A stretch of DNA of 63,950 nucleotides, filler included, from Candidatus Rokuibacteriota bacterium (GTDB lineage: Bacteria > JAUVQV01 > DATDCY01): assembly GCA_031406795.1 (NCBI GenBank). It is 9 parts of 9 records of this genome, joined end to end, with 100 filler letters (N's around TTAATTAATTAA, not from the genome) between each part and the next. Parts side by side here need not be neighbours in the genome. Positions count along the whole stretch, not along the records: positions 17,583 to 19,854 come from JANOHV010000082.1; positions 19,955 to 25,858 come from JANOHV010000124.1; positions 25,959 to 37,955 come from JANOHV010000137.1; 6 more parts are not named here. One strand, given 5' to 3'. The notes beneath the pieces were generated by a model. That model ran no database searches. It was not told where the DNA came from and worked only from the letters and a program-made list of their open reading frames with translations. The first letter of the stretch is position 1. Each line of letters starts with the position of its first letter. Positions 17,583 to 32,128 of this stretch are shown here, in pieces. Made by a program: the position numbers and the translations under genes.

Positions 17583-19854
17583 GATATTGTGGCAGCTCGC
17601 GCACGTGATGCCGGCCTTCGGGCCGTGTCCGACCGCCGAGTACTCGGTGCTGTTCATCATCGAAGCGGTCTTGTTCTGGCCATTCCACTCGGCAACGTCG
17701 GCCGCTGCGTAGTGGCACTCCTGACAGTTGGTCGCCGCAACGTTCCACGCGACGTTCGCCGTGGCGTTGTGGCAGGAGCCGGTGCTGCAGGAGCCGTAGC
17801 CGGCGTCGCCGACGACGACCGTGCCGCTGTAGGTCAGCCCGGCCTTGATGGTCACCGACCCGTCGATGTGCGCCCCGACCGTCGCCGCCGTGTGGCAGTC
17901 GCCGCAGGCGTACGTCGGGATCGCCATGTGGTCCGCGTGCGCGCCGTTGGCCGGCGTCGCGGGCGTTGCCGCGTGACAGATCGTGCAGTCGGCCGAGACG
18001 ACACCCCAGGCCGGAGACACGATGGCCGCGGCAAGGCCGTTGTTGTGGCAAGAGCTCGTCGTGCAGGTGCCGAAGGGCGCGCCGTACGGGATCGCTACCG
18101 TGCCGCTGTAGATCAGACCGGTCATGTTCGCCAGGTTCACCGTCCCGGACATGTGGCCGTCGTTGCCGACGTTGTTCTGGTGGCAGCTCGTGCAGGCGAT
18201 CGTGTTGATGCCGAAGAGCGTCGCCGCGCCCATGTGCACCGCGTGGCTGCCGGTGGCCGGGGCCGCCGCGGTGTTGTGGCAGAACTCGCACCCGGTGCTC
18301 GTCGTGCCCCACGCCGTGCTCAGTTTCGCGGCGGCCGAGGGGTTGTGGCACTTGTTCGCGCAGGTGTTCGCCGCGTCGACCCAGTCGGCCGGCGCGTTCC
18401 ACCACTGCGCCACCACCGTCGTGTCGATCGCCGCGCTGTCCTGCACCGCGATCGCCTTGTTCGTCAGGATCACCCCTTCGGTTCCCGCGCTCGTCGTCAG
18501 GTGAACCAGCCCGATCGTGAGCGATGCCGCGCCCGTCGTGTCGCCGATGTTGTTCGGGTGGCAGTCGTTGCAGGCCCAGGTCCGTCCGGTCGAATCAAAG
18601 TGCCCGTCGTGGCTCGCCTTCGAAATCTGCCGCTTGGTCGTCCCCGTCGTGTTGTTCACGCTCGAGGGGTTCCCCGCCGTGTTGAAGTAGTGACAGGCGT
18701 CGCAGTTGAGCACCGGGTCGTTCCAGAACCCGTCCGCCACCCCCGAGTTGTGGCAGGTGTTCGTCGAACAGTACCCATTGACGAACAGCGGACCCGTCGC
18801 GCCGGTCCAGGTCAGCAGCACGTCCGTCGTGTTGTTCGCGTGCGTCGCGACCATCGGCGTCGCCGCGTCGATGAGGTTCACGCTGGTGTGGCAGAGGTTG
18901 CAGTCAGAACGGTCGGTCGCGCCGTTGCTGTTCGCGTGCAAGGTGTGCACGCCGGTCGCCGGCACGTCCGCGTGGCAGGCCGTGCAGGCCAGCCGCACCG
19001 GGTCCGCCGCGCCCCAGGCGGGAGCGCCGGGCCCGACCCAGTCGGTCTGGCTCGTCGTGTTGTCGCCGTGGCAGTACAGGTTGGCGCAAGCGCCGTTGTG
19101 CGTGGCGTTCGCCGTCGTGCCGACATCGGCGTCGCCGACGCCGTAGGTCAGGTTCACCCCCGCGTTGAGCGCCGGGTCGAAGCGGACGTTGATCGTCGTG
19201 ATCGGCACGTTGGTGTCGTTCCAGACCCCGCCGTCGACAAAGTTGGCAGTATTATGAGTGTAGTTGAAGTGGCACGCCGTGCAGGGATAGGCATACCCGG
19301 GCACCGCGTCGTTGATCGCGTTCACGTGCGCATTGTGCACCCCGGAGAGGATTTTCTCAGAGCCGACCGTCGAGAGACCCGGGTAGCTGTGGCAGGCGTT
19401 GCACTGCTGCGGCGCGAAGCCGTCCGTCGTGGCAATCTGGACCGCGTCGAAGTTGTGGACGTGGCAGGAAGCGCAGTTTACTCCCACATCGTTCGAGGTG
19501 TACCCGCCGGCGTTGCCCGTGTGATTGCCGCCGGGCGTGCGCATCGCGGTCCCGGATCCCGGACGGTTCGCGTTGGTGTGGCAGGTGTAGCAGATGTTGT
19601 CGATCGTCGTCGCGCCGTCGTCCATCGAGTTGACGCCCGAGACGCGTTCGTACCTGATGTTGGCGATCGTCGTGGCGTCGGCGCCGCCCGGCGTGGTCGT
19701 GAACGAGTTGCCGACGCCGATCGTCGTCTTGATCATGTAGATGTTGTTGTAGCCGGCGCCGTTGGTCATGCCGTGCACGTTGTGGCAGGCATTGCAGTTG
19801 TAGGCGAAGTTCTCGGCCCCGGCGTCCTTGGCCGGCGCCACGAACGTAGCGTTG
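17583..19854 (-). CDS. large multiheme cytochrome c with CxxxxCH...CxxCH repeats (internal fragment)
   Basis: 15 CxxCH, 4 CxxxxCH and 1 CxxxCH motifs; open across the whole contig. Confidence 0.92.
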
Positions 19855-19955
19855 NNNNNNNNNNNNNNNNNNNNNNNNNNNNNNNNNNNNNNNNNNNNTT
19901 AATTAATTAANNNNNNNNNNNNNNNNNNNNNNNNNNNNNNNNNNNNNNNNNNNNT

Positions 19956-22514
<2,559 letters not shown>

Positions 22515-22545
22515 CGGTGGACCGCCCGTGGCCGGCGAAAAGCGC

Positions 22546-22574
22546 TTGACACGGGCGGTGCCTCCGCGTATGCT
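22546..22574 (+). promoter_or_regulatory. sigma70 promoter of the str operon
   Basis: TTGACA-N17-TATGCT upstream of rpsL; overlapped by a hairpin ACCGCCCGTG/CACGGGCGGT after rpoC. Confidence 0.7.
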
Positions 22575-22695
22575 ACAAAGGTTTTCTCATGGAAAGAAGC
22601 GCTTCCCCTGAGGGGGAGCAGAACGCGCAGCGCTTCCGGCGCCGGTTCACGGGCGGAGCGAAGCGGCGCAATCGTTTGATGGGGATGAGAACGGT

Positions 22696-23070
22696 ATGCC
22701 GACACTGATGCAGTTGGTTCGCAAGGGGCGGGACTCGGTGCCCCAGAAGACCGGGTCGCCAGCCCTGAAGGCCTGTCCCCAGAAGCGCGGGGTGTGCATC
22801 AGGGTCTACACGACGACGCCGAAGAAGCCGAACTCCGCCCTGCGCAAGGTAGCCCGCGTGCGGCTGACGAACGCGATGGAAGTGACGGCGTATATCCCCG
22901 GCGTCGGGCACAACCTCCAGGAGCACTCCATCGTTCTCATCCGCGGCGGCCGGGTCAAGGATCTCCCCGGCGTTCGCTACCACATTGTGCGCGGCACGCT
23001 CGACAGCCTCGGGGTTGCCGACCGCAAGCAGGCGCGTTCCAAGTACGGCGCCAAGCGGCCGAAGGGGTAG
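22696..23070 (+). CDS. rpsL: 30S ribosomal protein S12
   Basis: [24 protein letters not shown]. Confidence 0.98.
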   Translation: MPTLMQLVRKGRDSVPQKTGSPALKACPQKRGVCIRVYTTTPKKPNSALRKVARVRLTNAMEVTAYIPGVGHNLQEHSIVLIRGGRVKDLPGVRYHIVRGTLDSLGVADRKQARSKYGAKRPKG

Positions 23071-23074
23071 GGCG

Positions 23075-23545
23075 ATGCCAAGACGACGAGTGCCAGCGAA
23101 GCGTGAGCCGATCCCGGACCCGATCTTCCGTTCCAAGCTCGTGACCCGGTGCGTCAACGTGATCATGAAGCAGGGCAAGAAGAGCACCGCCGAGCACATC
23201 TTCTACGACGCGATGGACATCATCGCCAAGAAGACCAACGAAGAGCCGCTGAAGGTCTTCACCAAGGCGGTCGACAACGTCAAGCCCGTCGTCGAGGTCA
23301 AGTCGCGGCGGGTCGGCGGCTCGACCTACCAGGTGCCGGTCGACGTGCGCCAGGAGCGGCGGGTCGCGCTGGCGCTGCGCTGGCTCACCGATTACGCCCG
23401 TGAGCGCTCGGACAGAACGATGGCCGAGAAGTTCGCGAGCGAACTGATCGACGCGTTCCGCAGCACCGGGAATGCCGTAAAAAAACGCGAGGACACGCAC
23501 AAGATGGCGGAGGCCAACAAGGCCTTTGCGCACTACCGCTGGTAG
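23075..23545 (+). CDS. rpsG: 30S ribosomal protein S7
   Basis: [30 protein letters not shown]. Confidence 0.98.
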   Translation: MPRRRVPAKREPIPDPIFRSKLVTRCVNVIMKQGKKSTAEHIFYDAMDIIAKKTNEEPLKVFTKAVDNVKPVVEVKSRRVGGSTYQVPVDVRQERRVALALRWLTDYARERSDRTMAEKFASELIDAFRSTGNAVKKREDTHKMAEANKAFAHYRW

Positions 23546-23597
23546 TTCCGGCGGTTGTTTTTCATTGCTCTTTGCAAGAAACAGGGTGGGATTGATC

Positions 23598-25688
<2,091 letters not shown>

Positions 25689-25731
25689 GGCGCCGGGGCA
25701 GACCAGCGTCGATCGGAGGAGGAGCTCAGCC

Positions 25732-25858
25732 ATGGCGAAGGAAAAGTTTCTGCGAAACAAGCCCCACCTGAACGTGGGGACGATCGGGCACGTGGACCAC
25801 GGCAAGACGACGCTGACGGCGGCGATCACCGAGGTACTGGCGAAGAAGGGCCTGGCCA
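25732..25858 (+). CDS. tuf: elongation factor Tu, N-terminal fragment
   Basis: [30 protein letters not shown]. Confidence 0.97.
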
Positions 25859-25958
25859 NNNNNNNNNNNNNNNNNNNNNNNNNNNNNNNNNNNNNNNNNN
25901 NNTTAATTAATTAANNNNNNNNNNNNNNNNNNNNNNNNNNNNNNNNNNNNNNNNNNNN

Positions 25959-26653
25959 GCAGCGGCAGCTACGACGCAATCCTCGGGAACCTCCGGGACG
26001 TCCACGATCTGGTCGACCTGAAGATCGGCGGGAACTACCAGCGGGAGAACTTCCGGGAGTTCCCCCGCCTGCTCGACGATCTCGCCGCCAAAGGCCTGAC
26101 ACCGGCGGTCGTCTCTCACGTCAAGTTCGACCCGGTGGTCAGGGAGCGGGAGGGTATCGCGCCGCCGGATTTCCACGGCGGCTGCACCACGCTGAACGAA
26201 CCATGGCTCTACGAGGCCAGCGTCTTTCTCCGGGAGGAGGTCCTGCGCCGGGGATACCGCACATCGAGGATCATGCCGGCGATCTGCATGATCGATTTTC
26301 CCGGGCAGATGGTGATCGATCACGATGGCGCCATCTACAAGTGCTCCGGGCTGATCGGTCGGAGGCAATTCCAGGTCGGCGATCTCGAACTGGGTCTGAC
26401 GGACGTTCGCCGTACCCACAACCTCGACGCCTGGAAGAACGAATCGTGCCTCTGCTGCCCGTACCTACCGCTCTGCTTCGGCGGCTGCCGCTATCTGAAA
26501 CTGTTGCGCGACGGCGAGATGGCCGGGGTGGATTGCCGCAAACCGTACTTCGACGCCGTGCTCGAGAAGCTCGTGCTCCAGGACCTGCGCATTGGCTGCG
26601 CTCCGGATGCCGGGAGTCCGCGGGGTTGGTCCGAACCTTCGCATGCGGGATGA
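25959..26653 (+). CDS. radical SAM/SPASM peptide maturase, C-terminal part (geopeptide maturase-like)
   Basis: C.I......ID.DG.IYKC, C..CPYLPLCFGGCR, DC SPASM motif. Confidence 0.82.
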
Positions 26654-26809
26654 TTGACCTCCCGCGGCGGTTGGTGGTACTGATGACCGTGTAGTGTCTT
26701 GACACCCCGGGCTGCCCGGCAGGCCGGGGTTCCGAGTTGGCGCCCCTGCTCGTGGCAGATGCGGGTACTGGCGCAGCCACAATCTTGTTGAGGATCGGCA
26801 GAAAGACAC

Positions 26810-27775
26810 ATGATCGGCGTGCTGGAAAGCAAAGTGCAGCCGGGAATCGGCTTCCCGCCGAGGCGCTTTTTCGCGTTCGCCTTTGCCGTGCTGATTTCAT
26901 TCCCGCTCCCCGCCCCCCCGCGCGCCACGGCCGCCGTCGGCTATGTCGTCGTCGTCTGCGATCGCGAGATCGCGCCGTATCGCGCGCTGCTGGAGAGCTT
27001 CACGAAGGCCTGTGACTGCACGGTGCGTGTCATCCCGCCGCAGGAGGCCGCGCAGGAGGGGCTCGAGCGGCGGCTCAAGGCCGCGGGTGCGCGCGCAGTC
27101 GTGGGCGTCGGTCTGCAGGCGCGCGCGGCGGTCGAGGAGCTGCGCGATCTGCCGGTCCTGCTCACCATGGTCCCGCAGGTGCAACCCTGGGTCTTGGCGG
27201 CGGCCAACCGCTCGGGCATCGAGATGTCGCTCTCGCCGCGGCAGCACCTGGAAACGCTGCGGCAGGTCTTCCCGCGGGCGAAGCGGATCGGCCTGATCTT
27301 CGACCCCGCGCAGACCGGCGGCTATGTTCGCGAGGCGCAGGCGGCGGCGCGCGCGCTGAACCTGTCGCTGGTCGCCCTCGAGATCGCGCGGCCCGGGGAG
27401 CTGCTCCGCCGATTCGAAGAGTTGCGCGGCCAGATCGACGTCTTCTGGGTGCTCCCCGACCCGACGGTGCTCCAGCCGGAGAACCTCAAGGCCCTGTTGC
27501 TCGCCTCCTTCGAGTCGCGGATTCCGCTCTATGCCTTCGCGAGGAAGTACGTGGAGCTGGGTGCGATCGCGGCCGCGCATCTCGATCCCGCGGCGCTCGG
27601 CGCCCAGGCCGCAGGGTTGCTCCCGCGCGTTCTCTCCCCGCCCGGCGGCGCCGACGCGCCCCGCTGGGAGTACGCCAGCGGCGCGCAGCTCGTGCTCAAC
27701 CAGAAAGTCGCCCGCAAGATGGGCATCGTCCTCGACCCCGACGTGCTTGAGGCCGCCACCGATGTACTCCGATAA
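26810..27775 (+). CDS. ABC-type substrate-binding protein, probably partner of the sensor kinase
   Basis: Signal peptide; P.AKRIG..FDP, DVFW.LPD.TV, LVLN.KVA..MGI. Confidence 0.8.
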   Translation: MIGVLESKVQPGIGFPPRRFFAFAFAVLISFPLPAPPRATAAVGYVVVVCDREIAPYRALLESFTKACDCTVRVIPPQEAAQEGLERRLKAAGARAVVGVGLQARAAVEELRDLPVLLTMVPQVQPWVLAAANRSGIEMSLSPRQHLETLRQVFPRAKRIGLIFDPAQTGGYVREAQAAARALNLSLVALEIARPGELLRRFEELRGQIDVFWVLPDPTVLQPENLKALLLASFESRIPLYAFARKYVELGAIAAAHLDPAALGAQAAGLLPRVLSPPGGADAPRWEYASGAQLVLNQKVARKMGIVLDPDVLEAATDVLR

Positions 27776-29324
27776 GCCCACGCGCCGCATCAGCTTCCGG
27801 GTCTTCAGAGTCCTGGCGATCTCGCTGTTGGGGGTTTCCGCGATTTTCACCACGTACTTCGTGCAGTTCCAGAAGCAGCGCCTGGAGGCCGCCCTCGTCG
27901 AGCGAAGCAAGGGGCTCGCCGGGCTCCTGGCCACCGGCGCAAAGATCGCGGTCTACTCGGAAAACGCCGAACTGGTGCAGGAAACGCTTCAGGGTGTAGT
28001 CGATCGCCGGGACGTCCTCGCCGCGGCGGTCTTCACTTTCGACGATGTCCCGATCGCGACGGCCGGTCGGACTCCGGCGTTGAAAGCCGATGCCGCCCGG
28101 CTCATCTCCCGGGACCTCGAGGCCGTGCGCCGCATCCGGACTCAGAGCGGGTGCACGAGCCACCAGGACGCCGAAATCGTGGACGCGTTCTGCCCGGTCA
28201 TGATTCGAAAGACTTCGACGTCGGGCGGCGACCTGTATTACGAGTACCCGACGGAGGAAACCGTCGAAACGCATGTCGGCTTCGTGAGAGTCTCGCTCGA
28301 CCGCAAGCCGATGCGCCGCGAACTCAAATCGCTCGTGCTGCGCAGCCTGGCCTTGATGCTCGTCATCCTGCTCCCCGGCACCTGGGCGGGGTACCTCTTC
28401 GCGCGGCGCGTGACCGAACCGCTCGAACGGCTCACCGAGGCGGTGCGCACCTTCGGCGCCGGTCGCGAGATCGGCGAGCTGTCCCGGATGCCGGACAACG
28501 AGGTCGGCAGGCTGGCCGAGGCGTTCACCAGCATGACCCGCGAGATCACCGAACGCGAACTTGAGAAGGAGCGTCTCGCGGAACGGCTGCGCGAGGCCCA
28601 GAAGATGGAGGCCGTGGGCACGCTCAGCCAGGGGATTTCCCACGATTTCAAGAACATCCTCTCTACGCTCAAGGCGGCCGTGCACATTCTGCAGAAGGGT
28701 TCGCCGGACAATGAGTTCGTGCTGAAATACACCGGAAAGATCCAGGTGTCGCTCGATCGCGCCCGGGACCTGGTGGAGCGGTTGGTCACCTTCAGTCGCA
28801 CGCGCCAGCGCCCGTCGCGGTGCGTCGACCTGAGCGCGCTGCTCGCCCGGCTGGCGCCGATGCTCCGTGAGGCGGTCGGTGAAAGCGTGCGCCTGAGCCT
28901 GGAGCCGTCCCCCGAGCCGGTGCAGGTCCTCGGGGATGCGGCAAGTCTGGAGCAGTTGTTGATCAACCTGGCGTACAACGCGCGCGATGCGATGCCGGAG
29001 GGCGGCATCCTCTGCATCCGCCTCGACAGCCTCGCGGCGGACTCGGCCGACGAGCGTGGCACCGCGCGCATCACGGTCGGCGACACGGGCGTCGGCATGG
29101 ACCCCGAGGTGCGCCGGCGGCTGTTCGAGCCGTTCTTCACGACGAAGGACGTTGGCGCCGGCATGGGCCTCGGTCTCTCGATCGTTCATGGTATTGTCGA
29201 GCAGCACCACGGGCGGATCGAGGTCGAATCCGAGCCCGGGCAGGGCGCCACTTTCCGGGTGGAGCTGCCGCTGGCGGAACCGTGGGGCGCGGAGACGCCG
29301 GCGCGGCCCTGTCCCGGGGACTGA
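27762..29324 (+). CDS. HAMP-domain sensor histidine kinase
   Basis: Two TM helices, HAMP, ISHDFKN H-box, NARDAM, DTGVGM, FFTTK, GLGLS. Confidence 0.93.
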   Translation: MYSDKPTRRISFRVFRVLAISLLGVSAIFTTYFVQFQKQRLEAALVERSKGLAGLLATGAKIAVYSENAELVQETLQGVVDRRDVLAAAVFTFDDVPIATAGRTPALKADAARLISRDLEAVRRIRTQSGCTSHQDAEIVDAFCPVMIRKTSTSGGDLYYEYPTEETVETHVGFVRVSLDRKPMRRELKSLVLRSLALMLVILLPGTWAGYLFARRVTEPLERLTEAVRTFGAGREIGELSRMPDNEVGRLAEAFTSMTREITERELEKERLAERLREAQKMEAVGTLSQGISHDFKNILSTLKAAVHILQKGSPDNEFVLKYTGKIQVSLDRARDLVERLVTFSRTRQRPSRCVDLSALLARLAPMLREAVGESVRLSLEPSPEPVQVLGDAASLEQLLINLAYNARDAMPEGGILCIRLDSLAADSADERGTARITVGDTGVGMDPEVRRRLFEPFFTTKDVGAGMGLGLSIVHGIVEQHHGRIEVESEPGQGATFRVELPLAEPWGAETPARPCPGD

Positions 29325-29348
29325 GCGGCCGGTGAGCAGGAGAAGGCG

Positions 29349-30698
29349 ATGATGAAACGGGTGCTGGTCGTCGACGACGAGGCCGACTTCCGGTCGCTGA
29401 TGTGCGAGGCCCTCCAGATGGAAGGGTACGCGACCAGCGAGGCGGCGGATGGCCTGGAGGCGACCGCGGTCTTCCGCGCCGTCGCTCCGGACGCGGTGCT
29501 GCTCGACCTGCAGATGCCGCGCCGGGGCGGGCTGGCGGTGCTGCGGGAAATCCGGGGCATCGCGCCGGACGTGCCGGTGATCGTCCTGTCGGGGCAGGGA
29601 GACATCGCCGCGGCCGTCGAGGCGGTGAAGGGCGGCGCGTTCGACTACCTCCAGAAGCCGCCGGACTTCGAACGGGTCGCGCTCACGCTGCGGCAGGCGC
29701 TGGAGAAGCAGCACCTCGAGGGGGAGGTGCGGCGCATCAGCGCGGCGCTCGATACCTCACTGGAGAACAAGTTCGGCGCGAGCCCCGCCATCCGCGGCGT
29801 GATCGAGCGCATGAAGCAGGTGGCCCCGACGGATCTGGCCGTCATCGTGCAGGGGGAGACCGGGACCGGCAAGACCTACGTGGCGCACGCCATCCACGAA
29901 TTGAGCCGCCGGGCCGGCATGGCTTTCGTCCGCGTCGACGTCAGCGTGATCCCTCCAAGTCTCGCGGAGAGCGAACTCTTCGGAGCGCGCAAGGGCGCCT
30001 ACACCGGATCCGACAAGGACCGCGTCGGCTACGTCGCCGGCGCGAACGGCGGGACGCTTTTTCTCGACGACATCGAGAACATCCCGTTGGAGATCCAGGC
30101 GAAGCTGCTCGACGTGCTGGAGACCAAGCGCATCTGTCCGGTCGGCGGCGGCGAGCCGACCGCGCTGGACTTTCGCGTGATCGCGGCCACGAACCGCGAT
30201 CTGCGCCGCTGCGTCGCCGCGAAAACGTTCCGCGAGGATCTGCTCTACCGCCTCGGCGAGTTCGTCATCGACATCCCGCCGCTGCGCGAACGGCCCGAGG
30301 ACATTCTCTTCTTCATGGACGTGTTCCTCCTCGACGCGTGCACGGAGATGGGACGCCAGGTTCGGGGTTTCAGCGCGGACGCCGCCGAAGTGCTGCTGCG
30401 CCACCCCTGGCCGGGGAATGTCCGGGAGCTCAAGAATGTGGTGCGGCGGGCGACGCTGCTGGCGCCTGGCGACCTGGTTGAGACCGCACAGGTGAATTTC
30501 ATCGCGCGAGAGGACGAAGACCTCCCGGGAGACTGTCTGGCGCATTCGCTGAAAGAGGCGGTGCACAGCTTCGAGAAGCAGCTTCTCCGCCAGGCTCTGG
30601 ACAAGACCGGCCGCAACAAGAAACGGGTGGCGGAGCTGCTCAGGATGAGCTACCCGAACCTGTTGAGCAAGATCAGGGAGTACGGACTCGAGGAGTAG
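29349..30698 (+). CDS. sigma54-dependent response regulator (NtrC family)
   Basis: REC domain, GETGTGK, SELFG..KGAYTGS, FREDL.YRL, WPGNVREL, C-terminal HTH. Confidence 0.93.
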   Translation: MMKRVLVVDDEADFRSLMCEALQMEGYATSEAADGLEATAVFRAVAPDAVLLDLQMPRRGGLAVLREIRGIAPDVPVIVLSGQGDIAAAVEAVKGGAFDYLQKPPDFERVALTLRQALEKQHLEGEVRRISAALDTSLENKFGASPAIRGVIERMKQVAPTDLAVIVQGETGTGKTYVAHAIHELSRRAGMAFVRVDVSVIPPSLAESELFGARKGAYTGSDKDRVGYVAGANGGTLFLDDIENIPLEIQAKLLDVLETKRICPVGGGEPTALDFRVIAATNRDLRRCVAAKTFREDLLYRLGEFVIDIPPLRERPEDILFFMDVFLLDACTEMGRQVRGFSADAAEVLLRHPWPGNVRELKNVVRRATLLAPGDLVETAQVNFIAREDEDLPGDCLAHSLKEAVHSFEKQLLRQALDKTGRNKKRVAELLRMSYPNLLSKIREYGLEE

Positions 30699-30711
30699 CG
30701 TCGTCACCGAC

Positions 30712-30748
30712 TATTAAAACTTTTAATACTCTATTAAAACTTTTAATA
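30712..30748. promoter_or_regulatory. tandem palindromes, putative enhancer (UAS)
   Basis: TATTAAAA-C-TTTTAATA twice, 20 bp apart. Confidence 0.72.
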
Positions 30749-30794
30749 GTCGCTCCCCCTTCCCGCGATCCAGGCTGAGCAGAATAGTGCCTGA

Positions 30795-30838
30795 TATCAA
30801 TTGGTTGAGATTTTGCACCAATTGGCACCGCTCTTGCT
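30795..30838 (+). promoter_or_regulatory. IHF site plus sigma54 -24/-12 promoter
   Basis: TATCAATTGGTTG fits WATCAANNNNTTR; TGGCAC-CGCTC-TTGC at 30823-30837. Confidence 0.78.
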
Positions 30839-30881
30839 TGCTCCTTTGACAGCCGTTTCAACAGCCGACCCAGGAGGGGTG

Positions 30882-31376
30882 ATGCGCATCGAAGTGACTG
30901 TCGGGTTGAGCCTGGAACCGTGCTCCGGTTCCGGAGGGGGACGAGCCGAGGAATCCGCGCACCTCGCGGCCCGCGGCCGCGGACCGCGGCGGGGAAGGAT
31001 CCTCATCATGGACGACGACCGCATGGTCCGCGAGACCATGTACCGGCAGCTCGCGATCTGCGGCTACGAGGTCGTGGCCGCGGTGCAGGGCGAGGACGCC
31101 GTGCACGCCTACCAGCAGGCGCGCGAGGCGGGGCGGCCGTTCGATGCGGTCATCCTGGACCTGCAGGTTGAAACCGGCTGGGGCGGCGAGCAGACGCTGG
31201 GCGAGCTGCTGAGGCTGGACCCCGGGGTGAAGGCGCTGGTCTGCAGCGGCTCCCTGGAAGGACCGAAGTCGGGCTATGAGCAAAAGGGGTTCCGCGGCGT
31301 CATCGGCAAACCCTATTCGCTGGCGGAGTTGCGCGCGCAGGTCGAGGCGGTGCTGTTCGCGCCCGCCGATGTCTGA
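30882..31376 (+). CDS. single-domain response regulator
   Basis: ILIMDDD, FDAVILDL, KPY. Confidence 0.85.
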   Translation: MRIEVTVGLSLEPCSGSGGGRAEESAHLAARGRGPRRGRILIMDDDRMVRETMYRQLAICGYEVVAAVQGEDAVHAYQQAREAGRPFDAVILDLQVETGWGGEQTLGELLRLDPGVKALVCSGSLEGPKSGYEQKGFRGVIGKPYSLAELRAQVEAVLFAPADV

Positions 31377-31396
31377 TCGCCGCCGCCGCTGCGAGA

Positions 31397-31729
31397 ATGC
31401 GCGTGAGCACGCCGCAGGGTGACGTCACCGGCGACCGAAGGGTGCGGGAGCGCGGCATGCGCCTTGAATCCATGGACCGGGTCTTCGAGGATTACATTTC
31501 CACGGTCACCGGGGAGCTGCGCGCCCCCCTGCGGTCGCTGCTGACGCTGGCCCGGCAGATCGGGGAATACGACGGAGTGATGGACGCCGGCGCCAGGGAA
31601 TATGCCGACTATATCCGCGCGAGCGCGGAGCACATGTCAGTCATGCTCAATGACCTGAAGCGTCCAGCGGCTCCCCGGGCAACCGTCGGCGAAAGCCGGC
31701 GCTCCTGGCAATCCGTGGAGACTCGCTGA
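31397..31729 (+). CDS. stand-alone degenerate HisKA-like protein
   Basis: STVTGELRAPL resembles the SHDLRAPL H-box but lacks His; I..SAE.M..MLNDL. Confidence 0.55.
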   Translation: MRVSTPQGDVTGDRRVRERGMRLESMDRVFEDYISTVTGELRAPLRSLLTLARQIGEYDGVMDAGAREYADYIRASAEHMSVMLNDLKRPAAPRATVGESRRSWQSVETR

Positions 31730-31754
31730 CAGAGACTCCTCCTCAAACCGGGGG

Positions 31755-32000
31755 ATGAGCGCCATGGAATTGCAGGTCAGCCATGAGTCGCGATGGGCGA
31801 CAACGAAGTGCCCGAGTGGGTTTTCCTGTCTCGCGGCGGAGCCGACGGATCTTTGCTCCGTGGAAACTTTCGTCGACGGGACAGTCCAGTTCATCAAATG
31901 CCTGCACAATGGCTGCTGCACTTATCAGCACCCGTTCGGCAAGGGTGATGTGTGCATGTGCCCGGTGAGAAAAGAGATTTTCAGCACGTACAAGTTCTGA
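31755..32000 (+). CDS. small cysteine-rich protein
   Basis: TKC...FSCL, LC.V, CC.Y...FG...CMCPVRKEI; 8 Cys. Confidence 0.7.
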   Translation: MSAMELQVSHESRWATTKCPSGFSCLAAEPTDLCSVETFVDGTVQFIKCLHNGCCTYQHPFGKGDVCMCPVRKEIFSTYKF

Positions 32001-32128
32001 ATCCGTAACTGCCGCGCATTTCTGACCTGGCCAGTCGTTCTCCTTTCTTGATGTCTCCGCTCGGAATGGGTAATCTGGGCGCGGCGTCGTTCGGGAGACG
32101 GGGGGGAGATCGTGAAAGAGGGGCTGGC

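Noticed and set aside
19840-19854. CGAACGTAGCGTT resembling an attC right end
   Set aside because: It lies in frame in the cytochrome gene (NATFV) at a contig edge and is probably a chance match.
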